Part shown: one piece after another, positions 1 to 13,560 of the stretch | Layout of the letters: every line of letters starts with the position of its first letter | Numbering within the stretch: position 1 is the stretch's first letter | DNA from: the human T2T-CHM13v2.0 reference genome, Homo sapiens | Direction: 5' to 3' (one strand) | Assembly: GCF_009914755.1 (NCBI RefSeq) | Contig: NC_060938.1 | Length of the DNA: 64,000 bases | Notes under the pieces: model-generated | Database searches by the model: none | The model's input: the letters and a program-made list of their open reading frames with translations, nothing else | Told to the model about the DNA's origin: nothing | Translations under genes and position numbers: made by a program

Positions 1-1248
1 CTGTATAATCAACCTCATTTGAAAGTGCACATTTCATTTGATGGCATTTGCAAATTGTTCCTTCCCCCCACCACCAGAACTTGCAATGTGAAAATGCTTC
101 CATATGCTAAAAGCTAGTCTACTAATTTTACTGAAGGAGAAGAAAAGAAAGTATGGCTAGCCATTTTCTAAACATGAAGCTACAGTGTGGGCAGATTTGG
201 CAATGGGAGCCCCTCAGAGTTCACTGTAAACAACTCTGCAACCCCCAGGCCTCACTACTGTTCAAGATGAGTGTAGAAAGTTGTTTTTGCCCCACAAAAG
301 TAAATTTTTAAAAATGCAATTGTAATGTGTATATAGTTTTAAAATATCTAAATGCAGTTAAAATATAGTATTAAACTCTGATTTCTAATAGATTTGAACA
401 TTTTAAGTGAAGAAATACTTTTGCTTTCAGATTCTTTGTGTATCTCAAGACATTTTAATAGTTTTCAAGACATTTAAACTGAGTCTTCACTCTGGGTGGT
501 GGGCCCCCAACCCCTAATGCGTGGCTTATAGCAATAGTTTTCTCCCTGATTTTCCTAATATTAGTCATTCTCCCTTTTAACACTGCGCTACTTGGTGCTA
601 CTAGGATAATCTTTCATAAATAACATTATGCCTTTTCCTGTTGACTGATCTCATTTACCCTAATCTCACCAATATTTCTCCCAAATCTGATTTATAATTT
701 TCTTTAAGGAGTCTTCGTAGTAATCCCATCTGGCCCCATTTTTCAACAGTACTTTTGAACCAAGCTTCTACTATTATTATTTTCATGTTGATTTATTAAA
801 GTTTTTTAAAAAATTGTATTATGTCTGTTCTTTTTTTCCCAAGTAGATATCAGTGTGATGGAAACACTATCTTCTATATCTTTTGACTGGAGTCTTTTAT
901 ACTTCTGAGTACATGATAGATGTTAAATATATACTCTGTTAATACATATTAGCAAGTTTAAAATGGTGGCTGTTTGTTTAAGTCACATAAATTATCAAAC
1001 AAAAGAGCTGAGTGATGGTACCTGCACAATGCTTAATATATAGTAGAGATGATAAAATAAATTCTACTGAAGTCTGTACTTCATCTTTTTAAAAGGTTTA
1101 TTGCTTAGCTTTTAGAATTAATGGTTTTATCTTTGAAATAGAGAAACAGGTCTAGGGTTCATGCAGTTATAAATAAAAATTCCTTAATTTTATTTCTATT
1201 ACTGTAGCATCTTATGCCAAAAAAAAAATATCGTAAAGAGGAAGAAGT

Positions 1249-1544
1249 GGCCAGGCATGGTGGCTCATGCCTGTGATAACAGCACTTTGGGAGGCCGAGG
1301 CAGGTGGATCACCTGAGATCAGAAGTTTGAGATCAGCCTTACCCACATGGCAAATCCCTGTCTCTACTAAAAGTACAAAAATTAGCTGGGCGTGCTGGCG
1401 GGCGCCTGTAATCCCAGTTATGGGAAGGCTGAGGCAGGAGAATCTCTTGGACCCAGGAGGCAGAAGTTGCAGTGAGCCAAGATCGCGCCATTGCCCTCCA
1501 GCTGGGCAACAAGAACGAAACTCCGTCTTAAAAAACAAAAAAAA
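1249..1544 (+). mobile_element. Alu (AluSp/Sq-like)
   Basis: GGCCAGGCATGGTGGCTCA start, dimeric body, GGGCAACAAGAACGAAACTCCGTCT end, A tail. Confidence 0.95.
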
Positions 1545-2152
1545 GTGGAAAAAATTAGAGGACTAACATTACCTGATTTTAAGACTTATAAAGCTAGAGC
1601 AATCAAGGCAGGGTATTGGCATAAAGATAGAGAAACAGATCAGTGGGAAAGAATGGAGAGTCCAGAAACAGATTCTTATGTACATGGGCAACTAAGTTTT
1701 CACAAAGGTATAAAGGCAATTCACGGGTGAAGGGCCAAACTTTTTAACAGATGGTGCTAAAACAATTGGATATTCATGTGAAAAAATTATTTATATCACA
1801 TACCATATAAAAACTAACTCAAAACAGATCATAGACTAAAATGTAAAAACTAAAACTATAAAACTCCTTAAAGAATACATAGGGAGAAAGTCTTTGTTAT
1901 CTTGAGATAGGAAAAGATTTCTTCTATATGCCTCCGAAAGCACAACCCATAAAAGAACAAATTGATAAGTTGAACATCATCAAAATTTAAAATTTCTGCT
2001 CTTGAAAAGAGAATGAGAAGGCAAGCCACAGATTTGTGGAGATGATATTTGCAAAACATATTATGATAAAGGACTTATATTCAAAATATATAAGGAACTC
2101 TCAAAATTCAATAAAAAATCAAACAACCCAACAACAACAAAAGGTAGACATC

Positions 2153-2240
2153 GGATAGAGTATGGTGGATTACATCTGTAATCCCAGCACTTTGGGAAGC
2201 CGAGGTGAGAGGATTGCCTGAGCCCAGAAGTTCGAGACCA
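2153..2240 (+). mobile_element. Alu monomer fragment (FLAM/AluJ-like)
   Basis: TGTAATCCCAGCACTTTGGGAAGCCGAGG...TTCGAGACCA. Confidence 0.8.
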
Positions 2241-2995
2241 TAAGCACATGAAAAGCCCAATGTCATTAATTGTTAGGGAAATGAAAAGTGTACTGCAATA
2301 CCACATCAAATATTACTTCCTTTTCTATAAATATGTACAATTATTATGTGTCAACTAAAAATAAAAGAAAAAAATAAAATTAAGAAGACTAACCATATGA
2401 AATGTTGGTGAATATGTGGAGGAGCTAAGTCTTATACCCTGCGGGTGGGAATGTAAAATGGTATAACCACTTTAAAAAATAGTTTGGCAGTTTCTTAAAA
2501 TGTTAACCATATACCCACCGTACTCTTCAGCCATGTCAGTTAGCTTTTTACCCAAAATAATTGAAAGCATATGTCCATGCAAGGGCTTGTACATAAATGT
2601 CATAGCAGCCTTATTTATAATAGCCAAAAATGAAGTCACCCGCATGTCCATCAACAAGTGAATGGATAAACAAACTATAGTATATCCATATAATGGAATA
2701 CTATTTACAATAAAAATGAATTAATTATTGGTACATGTAACAACATGGATGGCACTTAAAATAATCATGCTGAGAGAAATAAGTCAGTCAAAAAAGACTG
2801 CGTGCTGTTTGATTTCACTTGTATAATATTCTAAAAAATGAAAAATAATTCATACTGATAGCAGATGGGTGGTTACCTAGAGATGGGGAATAGAGGAGGA
2901 GAAAGGAATTACAAAGAGGCACAAGGAAACTTCAGGAGGTTAAAGAAGTTTTAACTATCTTAACTGTGATGATAGTTTTGCAGGTATATACATAA

Positions 2996-3320
<325 letters not shown>

Positions 3321-3861
3321 CCAATTGTACACTTTAAATATGTGCAGCTTTTTATAGCTTAGCAAAATTATACTTCAATTTAAAAAAAGAAAAAATTGTA
3401 AAGAGGTGTTAAACATGCAGTTCACCATTGAAAGCAATATTATTTAACATATGCACTAGCATATTATAAGTATAATAAATGTAAATATAATTTATGTATT
3501 TATAAACATAAATATAACAATGAACATATACATTATTGAAGAGTCCCATATGTCACCTTCCATCTTGGGTTTTATAGTTACTAAAATGTTATCAAAGGAG
3601 AAGACCATTTCATAAAGGAAATTATTACACCTTGACCATCCAATACTTCAGTCTTTCATTTTGCGTGGAAGTTCTGTATCAGCTACCATAGTCATTTTTT
3701 AAAAATAACAGCAATCTTCGTTTTTTGAAAAACTATCATAGGCCATCTCAATCTTTATCTATCAATATTTTCCTTCTTTCACTTTCTTGATAAAGCCCCA
3801 TATTTTGCTTCTGCTTCTATGTTTTTTTTTAAAACCAAATGATTACTAAACAGGGAGTGAA

Positions 3862-4152
3862 GGTCCAGGTGTGGTGGCTTATGCCTTTAATCCCAGGATT
3901 AATCTTTGGGAGGCTGAGGCAGGAAGATCACTTGAGCCCAGGAATTTGAGACCAGCCCAGGCAACATAGTGAGACACGAATATCTACAAAAATTTAAAAA
4001 ATTAGCCAGGCATGGTGGCACGAGCCTGTAGTCTCAGCACTTTGGAGGCACAGGTGAGAATTGCTTGAGCCCAGGAGTTTGAGGCTGCAGTGAGCTATTA
4101 CCACATCATTGCACTCTAGCCTGGGTGACGGAGGGAGAAAGACCCTGTCTCT
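3862..4152 (+). mobile_element. AluJ-like, no poly-A tail
   Basis: GATCACTTGAGCCCAGGA J-type motifs in both arms. Confidence 0.9.
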
Positions 4153-4986
4153 TAATCTGTAGAAACTGTCTAATACTATTACTACTGTATTAGTTAAATG
4201 ACTCATTTACAGCATAATTTGGGAAAGGAAATTCTTGGATTTTATCCCAAGTGAGGACTTAGAACCAAGTGATATAGTGGTTAAAATAAGAGTCTCAGCC
4301 AACTAGAGGGTTAGAATTTTCTTGGTATTTAATGTATTGTGCTTAATTTATCATTATGTAAGTAAGCTCAAATCTCATTGGTCTCTTTATATAAAAAGGA
4401 AAAAAAGGAAAAAGAGCAGAAAAGATAAAGCCCCATATTTTGCTGCTTCTGTTTTGCTGCTATTGACATAAGAAGGCCTATGTAGTCCTATGTAGGCCTT
4501 TTTATGTCAATATCAGTCTGAGTAAAAGCAAATAATGAATTTATGCTGAGGTACAAATATACCATTTGGACAGTTTTATATTAACATCTGACAATGTACA
4601 AAAGTTATACAAATTTGTTAGCATTTTCTCACTGCAAAATATTATCAAATTAGGAAATAGCAGACACTAGGGATGGTTTTTACTATATATAATGATGTTT
4701 AAGAGGTACTTAAACTTGATTTAAAAGCTCTGCAGTGATTTACCTAAGATGAGCCTGAAGAGCTAATAGTCTAGTTTTTGTTTTTTAATTTTTATTTGTA
4801 GCAACAAGCACATTAACCATTTGATTTTTTTTATATTTTGGGAGAAAGTTGTGACCATGTGGCAGTTTGGATTTGAAATAATAATGGCAAATAAGTGGCC
4901 TGTGCTGAAAATTGTTAGGCATATCTCTTTATGGAAAACTACTTTGGTGATATAAAACCACCGAGGTCTATAGTTATATAATTTAG

Positions 4987-5322
<336 letters not shown>

Positions 5323-6189
5323 AGGGCTGGGTTTTTATTAAAGATTTAGTTTCGTTCTTAGAAGTTATGTCAATTTCTGATGAGTAATCTAGTAATAACT
5401 TAATCTGTCTTTCTGAATTAATTCTGCAAAACACTGCCACATACTGATTGTTGTAAACATTGTTGGTTTCAAGACACTTTCTTATTTTAACCCTCCTAAC
5501 CTTTCAAAGATTCCTCATTACTTATGGTTTAAGTCATTCCTTCTTGTTTTTTATATTCAAGACCTTTCACAGTTGATCACTGAGCTGTCCTTTAATCCTC
5601 TGTGTCACTGCTTTTCAGTATGAATTGCTAAAGTTTCTATGATTTTTCTGTTTCTTTGCCTTTTGTCAATCTTTGTTCAGTCTGGACTCTCTGCCTTTCT
5701 CTCATCTCTACCTACTCTTCTAAGCCCTAGGATGCTTCAGGTACCACATAAACCACATCAGCATAAAACCTTCCATGACATTCTATTCATACATGTTGTA
5801 AATGCCTCTTTTGTGCCGAGCTGTCAGTGGTCACCAAGGTAAGGACAGGAGCAAAGGATGCTCCGTGGTACTCCACTCTGATGGACGAGGAAAAATGATA
5901 AATTTACAAATATTTTATCTCATCCTATATACATTTTACTTTTTATTTATGTCTTATAATGTAAGCAATAAATTGGTACCCAAATAGAAAGTGTAAAATA
6001 ATTAAAATACATATGTTGAGGGAGTGCATGCCCAAAATGTTTTACTGATGGGGTATAGAACAAAAAGTTAAGAAACCACCGATCTAATTGTCAGGTCTGT
6101 TTCCGCATTTGTAAAGTTAGGTCAAGGATTGGACTAGATAATTTCCAAGGTCTTTTTTAAGCTTAAATGTTCATGGAGTTAAAAAAATT

Positions 6190-6697
6190 ATTTTGAAATC
6201 TTTAAGTATACAGAAGAGTTGCCAGTGTAGTACAGTCAGCTCCCATAAGCCATTCATGTGGTTTTATCCACTGTTAACATTTTGCCATATCTCCTCCTTG
6301 TCTTCTAATACATATATATACATATTACTATACTTTTGTTCTGGACCATTTGCTAGTAAATTGCAGAGGTTGCAACCCTTTAAGCTATGTAGTTTAGTAT
6401 GTGTCCCTTAAGAACAAAGACATTCCATTATAAGATGTTATGTAAGAGACTCAGCACAAAAGAGGCATATGTAACATGTAGGAAGAGAATAACAGTAATT
6501 GATCAAGTTCAATATACCATAATCTAACATAGAGTCCACATTCAAATTTTGCCTATTGTCCCTTTATGACCTTTATAGCAGTTTTTTCACTAATCTAAGG
6601 ATTGAGGGAATAGGAATTTTCTTGCCATGTCTATTTAGTTTCCTTTAATACAGCAGCTTTTTAGCTTTTCCTTGACTTTTGTGACACGGACAGCTTT
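6190..6697 (-). mobile_element. Old L1M 3' end fragment
   Basis: Degenerate antisense L1MC/ME 3' UTR motifs; resumes after the Alu at ~7040. Confidence 0.55.
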
Positions 6698-6712
6698 GAA
6701 AAGTAAAGGCCC

Positions 6713-7121
<409 letters not shown>

Positions 7122-7826
7122 TTAATTCTGTGTGTGTATGTGCATTTGGGTGCACACAATGTGCACGTACGTGCTATGGTGCTGTGTGCGCAAGTTGAGT
7201 CCTCTTTTCCAAAATAGATTGTAAATTCCTTATAGACAGAGATGATTTATCTTGGTAATTTTTATTCCCCACACTTCTATGCACGTATGATACTTAGCCT
7301 ATGATTCAAATTAAAAATATTCATAAGTCAAAAGTTCTTACATATCCCATGGGTTAAGGAGATGATTTAAAACATACAGGGAAGAACATATCAGATTAAT
7401 TAACTCTCAGTGATTAAGGATGCCAGAGAATACCATGGTAACAATAGAAGCATTATGTTTTATTTTATTGAATCTTGAAGGAAATTGGATACTCCAAAGT
7501 ATAATATAATATGGAACATGCACTGTGAATACTGTACTAGTTGACATGTGTAATTTCTTTTCATCATTTCTCTGTGGAAACCCTTTGCAATAACGTTTGA
7601 CCTTTTTTCCATATACAGAGTCCCAAAATAGTATTTTCATCTGACATGTGTATTTTAATGGGTAGTTAGCACGAAAGATCTTTGTCTTTTAAAAATATGT
7701 TTCTCAAGATTGGGAATATCTTCAGTTGTCAGTAAAAGATCTCTTATTATCCTTTTATTATCAAATAAGCATAGTTGTAAGACAGTGACTCATCCAAAGA
7801 TTTGTTGTGGCTGCTTCTATCTATGG

Positions 7827-8117
7827 TTTTTTTGTGAGATGGAGTTTCGCTCTGTTGCTCAGGCTGGAGTTCAGTGGCGTGATCTCGACTCACTACAACC
7901 TCTGCTTCCCAGGTTCAAGTGATTCTCATGACTCGGCCTCCTGAGTAGCTGTGACTACAGGCACACACCACCATGCCCAGCTAATTTTTGTATTTTTAGT
8001 AGAGATGGGATTTTACCATGTTGGCCAGGCTGGTCTCAAACTCCTGACCTCGGGTGATCCACCCACCTTGGCCTCCCAGTGTGCTGGGTTTACAGGTGTG
8101 AGCCACCACGCCTGGCC
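7827..8117 (-). mobile_element. AluSx-like
   Basis: Full antisense Alu body. Confidence 0.93.
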
Positions 8118-8127
8118 CCCTTCAGTC

Positions 8128-8498
8128 TATTTTTTATTTTTGTGGGTACATAGTCAGTGTATATATTTATGGGGTACATGGTATGTTTTGATACAGGCAT
8201 ACAGTGTGTAATAATCACGTCATGGAGAATGGGGTATCTATCCCCTCAAGCATTTATCCTTTGTATTACAAACAATACAATTACAATCTTAGTTATTTTG
8301 AAATGTACAATTAAGTTATTATTGAGTATCGTTACCCTATTTTGCTATCAAGTAGTAGGTCTTATTCATTTCTAATTATTATTATTTTTGTACCCATTAA
8401 CCATTTCCACCTCCCGCTAAGTCCCCACTACCCTTCCCAGCCTCTGGTAACCACCATTCTACTCTCTATGTCCATGAGTTCAATTGTTTTGATTTTAA
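8128..8498 (-). mobile_element. L1MA 3' end
   Basis: TTTTTGTGGGTACATAG...TATTTATGGGGTACATG...CCCCTCAAGCATTTATCC, an antisense L1MA 3' UTR. Confidence 0.85.
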
Positions 8499-8869
8499 TG
8501 GTTAGTACAAGTAAGAAGTTTTTCATTTTAAAGTCAGCATCTGAAAAGATACATTGTAGCCTTTAGAGGCTCTGATTTCCTTGAAGCCTGTTACTTATTT
8601 GTAAAGGTCCATAGTAAGATTGAACTTACTATTTGGAATTTTAAATTGGTAGCTTCAAGAACTCTTAGAAGATCTTTTTTTTTCCTATTTTAATGAAGAA
8701 CATTTAATATACAGGTTTTCTTAGTATTGACTTTCATAAGTATTTTCTGGGGCAATTACTATCTCAGTTGATTATCTCTGAAGGCCTATTTTAACTCTAC
8801 ATTTATCTGAACTTAACTGAATAACTCCTCATTACTCAGCACATATTTTAGTGAAGAGATTCTTAGGAG

Positions 8870-9160
8870 TAACGGCTGACATTCACCATATTGTGGTTTG
8901 TCTGTGTGTATGTTCCTGTGGATAACTTGGCAATCGCTTCCTCAGCGAAATAACAGCCAGTGTGGTTCAGCCAAAGTTTAGAGGAATAAAGTAACTGAAG
9001 TGGGAGGTTTTTCTGTAATGCCGAGTGATTTTATTCTTGGTTCTTTCTTTTTGAATTGCTCAGGTAGTGTTTGCCGTGGTAGGTATTAAAACCAAACCAA
9101 GCAAACAAACAAACAGTAAAAACCCAATAACAACCAACAAACAGGAAATACCAGGTAATT
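8870..9160. promoter_or_regulatory. Candidate intronic enhancer or alternative promoter (RUNX/ETS/forkhead motif cluster)
   Basis: TGTGGTT at 8892 and 8961, CTTCCT ~8937, AGAGGAA 8980, repeated AAACA forkhead-like cores ~9101-9115, several retained CpGs, no recognisable repeat. Confidence 0.35.
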
Positions 9161-9264
9161 CAGATTATCTAGTTATGTGCCATAGTATGAACCCAAGAAC
9201 TCTTCCTGTAACTCCAAAATAAATGTATGCTTAGGTCAGAATCTGAGTTAGAAATGAAAAACAA

Positions 9265-9609
<345 letters not shown>

Positions 9610-10440
9610 CTATTTTTTCCAGGATCAGGTGTAATAGGAAACTGGTGATGCACTAAGTTTTTCACAGACATGGCTTGAGAATATTTTCTATTTTATATGC
9701 TTGTTAATTTTTTAAAAATAGGATTGTTTGGGAGCTTATTTCCACTGCAGCAGGAAGAGGCACTGTGATTCACTGAATTGTGTGAATTAAAGGCATGATC
9801 AAGGAACAGGCCATTGAAAATGATGGCCCTGCAGTATTAAAAGTGCTTTGATCTTCTGTTTTGACACATTGAATTTATCTTTAATTATATGTGATGACAT
9901 TTGATTACTATACACTTAGACTATTATAATGTGGTTTGTAAAATATAGTTTGTAATGTATAATAACTTCAACACCGATTTTTCTGTAGATATGAATTTAC
10001 AGAGTCATGTTTTAGTTTTGTTTAAGAGAAAACTATTAGACTTCTGAATTAACAGACATTTAAAAGGTAAATATTTAGTAGTCAGGCAAAGTATGATTCC
10101 TATACAATAAGTATTAGGACTGTACCCTGTGGGACTCAGTGCCTTATTTTAATAGAGGTAATAGAATTCTATGTGGTGGTTTCCTGATCTATCCACTACT
10201 GGCTGCTTTACTACAGGTAAATCACTTAGTTCTCTGAGCCTTTGAAAAATGAAAGCCTTAGACTACATGATATTCAAGATTTTAATTCTGAAATTCTTTG
10301 AATCTATTATTCTGTGACGTCTTTGATGGACATAATATAGAATTCCATAGAAATTACTGACACATTTTCTAAAAGAAAGATATTTTTAAAATATTGTGTG
10401 AATTAATGGGTTTTGACCTTGCATTTAAATATGAAAATGA

Positions 10441-10760
10441 GGCCGGGCGCAGTGGCTCATGCCTGTAATCCCAGCACTTTGGGAGGCCAAGGCAGGTGGA
10501 TCACCTGAGGTCGGGAGTTCAAGACCAGCTGACCAACATGGAGAAACCCCATCTCTACTAAAAATACAAAAAAATTAGCTGGGCGTGGTGGCACATGCCA
10601 GTAATCCCAGCTACTCAGGAGGCTGAGGCAGGAGAATCACTTGAACCTGGGAGGTGGTTGTGGTGACCCAAGATCATGCCATTGCACTCCAGGCTGGGCA
10701 ACAAGAGCGAAACTCTGTCTCAAAAAAAAAAAAAAAAAAAAAAGAAAGAAAGAAAAAAGA
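10441..10760 (+). mobile_element. AluSp-like
   Basis: GACCAACATGGAGAAACCCC and GGCAACAAGAGCGAAACT diagnostics; long A tail. Confidence 0.95.
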
Positions 10761-11051
10761 AAAACTTTAAAAATGCACTTATGGGACAGTGGGTTGGGGG
10801 GCAACCCCCCACAGGCCACAACTGTAGAGAGAACTTTCATTCGGAATTTCCTTTATTATGCCAGTACCTTAGCCTTGAGGGTGTGAGTCTTTCTTTGAAA
10901 TTGTCTGCTTTGCTTGCATTTACATGCTCAACCCTGGATTTTTCCCAATTTAGGCAGTTTTATTCCCCAGCAATGAGAGTCCTTAAGAGTTTGAACCTGA
11001 TCCTAATTCTCTAGGGGAAATTACAAATTATTCTTTCTTTTCAAATGGTAG

Positions 11052-11380
<329 letters not shown>

Positions 11381-11598
11381 ATTAACATCATTTAATCAAT
11401 TTTGTCAATGTCCCTAATGGGATAGTCAGGCAAAAACAAACCAACAAAATTCTGTAAGAAAAGTGGCTAATTATACATTATCATTAGGAAGCATAATATT
11501 TCATGTGTTTTTATCCTGAACTTTGTTTCTTTTTGCCATACAACCCGTTCCTTACTTTGTAGGGAGGACTTTTATTGTAAAAAAAAGATCTGCCTCAC

Positions 11599-11869
11599 AC
11601 AATTATTGGTTATGACTATTTATCACCTAAGAACTAAACAGTGGTGCTTTGATTTGAGTTTGTTTACTCGAGAGGCAGAGTATGTTTTATCTGTAAGTAC
11701 TTTGGGATTTCTTTTGAACTAAAAATATACAAATACAATTATTGGTTATGACTATTTATTGCCTAAGAACTAAACAGTGGGGCTTTGATTTGAGTTTGTT
11801 TACTAAAGAGGCATAGTATGTTTTATCTGTAAGTACTTTGGGATTTTTTTTAACTAAAAATATACAAAT
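11599..11869. repeat. Two-copy tandem duplication, ~136-bp unit
   Basis: ACAATTATTGGTTATGAC...AAAAATATACAAAT at 11599-11734 and 11735-11869 with a few substitutions. Confidence 0.95.
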
Positions 11870-12419
11870 ATGTATAGTTTGTGGTAAGTAGGTGACAGCG
11901 TGAAAAGCAAAACTGGAAAGCTATGATCCTACAGCTACATATCAAGCTACCCTTTTTTTCTCAAAGACTATTGCTGTGTTAAGATTTTATTATAGCATTT
12001 GTTTCTTTTTAGAGAGGGTAGAAGGGTGAAGCCTTACTCGAAACCATTTCAGAGTAGTTAACTCCAGACTATATACTAATGGAGAAGAAGAGTAATACAG
12101 ATAAGTTAAAACATTAGATAATGATTGCTCTTTATTGCTTTAAAAAAACATGGGGAAGAGCAGTTGGGAATAGGACCCAGGCACTTAAATCTGGGAAACT
12201 CATTTTTGGTCTTTTTTTCCCACTGCTGCAGTAGCCTGGGCAGGATCCCTAGAGACACAGCCTTCAGGCAGGAAGATGGAGGAGAGAAAGCAGATCACAG
12301 ACCCTAAACATCTGTAGGTTCTCTCTCTTTCTTGTTCCCTACAGCTGGTGAATCTGAATTGAATCCTTAGTAAAGTTTCATATTAGGTGATTTAGTAGAT
12401 GCTAGTTAAGGAAAAATGA

Positions 12420-13560
12420 TGATCTCTAAGAATTAGCCTGATTTTATTAAAAAAACTTTGTGGAGATTAACCTAATTTCCTTCTTCTTAGGAAGGCTATT
12501 AGACTGTTGATCACAGCAGACAGGGGTCTGAATTTCATGAAGTTTTTTGACATGGTCCATCATGATATCACTGTGGGCAGAATGGATGAGAGGGATATGA
12601 TATAAAAATACGGTTATGTTGTTATGCAGCTGGCTGAACAGCCATCTGAAAGAGTGATATTTAATGGTCTGTGTTAACCTGGAAGGAGAACTCTGGGATA
12701 CCATAGGAATCTGTCTTCACCTTCATTATATATATCAACAAAGAGTTAAAAGAAATATAGCTGGCCTACTAATTAAATTTGTAGATAATATACAGTTGAG
12801 GAAGGATGGCTTAAATTATTGGGTGATATAGACAGGAGTCAAAATTATTGGGTGATATAGACAGTCTCAATAAACATAGGAGTGCAGATATCTCTTTGAT
12901 ATAGACAGGAGTCAAAAAAGCTCTAAAAATATCAGGATGATAGGCTTAACCAGCAAGATAAAATTTACTGAGAACAAGTTTATAATATAATATATAATGC
13001 TATGTATTACAGAATAGAGGAGAAATGGCTTAGATGTAGGGGTAGGAAAAAAGGCTTAACGTTCCTAAGTTAACAGAAAACTTAATATGGGCAACTTTGT
13101 CATGTTTCTTTCAAAAAAATGCATTGTGATCTTAGGAATGTCTAGAACATTAATAGAATGTCTAGAATAAGATTAGTAGTAGTCCCGCTTTATTCTATGC
13201 ATCGGACTATTTTGTTCTGATTATCGCAGTCTGAGAGTGATAAGCTTCAAGCACATCCAGAAGAAAATGGCTAAAGTTTTTCACATAACAAAGCTACAAA
13301 AAGAAGCCTATAAGGAGTCATAATAGCTGTCTCCTGATATTTGATGGGCAACCCTTTGGAAGGAAGGTTAGAATGAGACTGTGAAGCTCCAGAAGGTAAA
13401 GTGACAACCAATTGTTACATGAAGATGGATTTTGACTCCATATAAAGAATATTTGTCTGGTCCTTAAAGCTGTCTAAAAAATGAAATAGACTGTGCTGGG
13501 AGTTAAGTAGTGAATTTTCCAGGGTGTTGCCAAACTACCTTAAGGGTATGTGGTAATAGA
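12420..13560 (+). mobile_element. L3/CR1 LINE remnant (RT region)
   Basis: TTTGACATGGTCCATCATGATATC, CAGCTGGCTGAACAGCCAT, AAATTTGTAGATAAT resemble the recalled L3 consensus. Confidence 0.65.

Noticed and set aside
5377-5400. CTGATGAG hammerhead-core motifs (also ~53951 and minus strand ~31505)
   Set aside because: No stem II followed by GAAA and no flanking helices.
10787-10826. GGGGG-GCAA-CCCCC GNRA hairpin within an ACAGT/ACTGT stem
   Set aside because: Too short; no ribozyme or ncRNA architecture could be built around it.
12302-12390. Good acceptor TTCCCTACAG at 12344
   Set aside because: Only weak donors nearby (GTGAAT, GTGATT); insufficient for an exon call.
11599-12917. Short direct repeats as a CRISPR-like array
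   Set aside because: Eukaryotic context, two to three copies only, no regular spacers.
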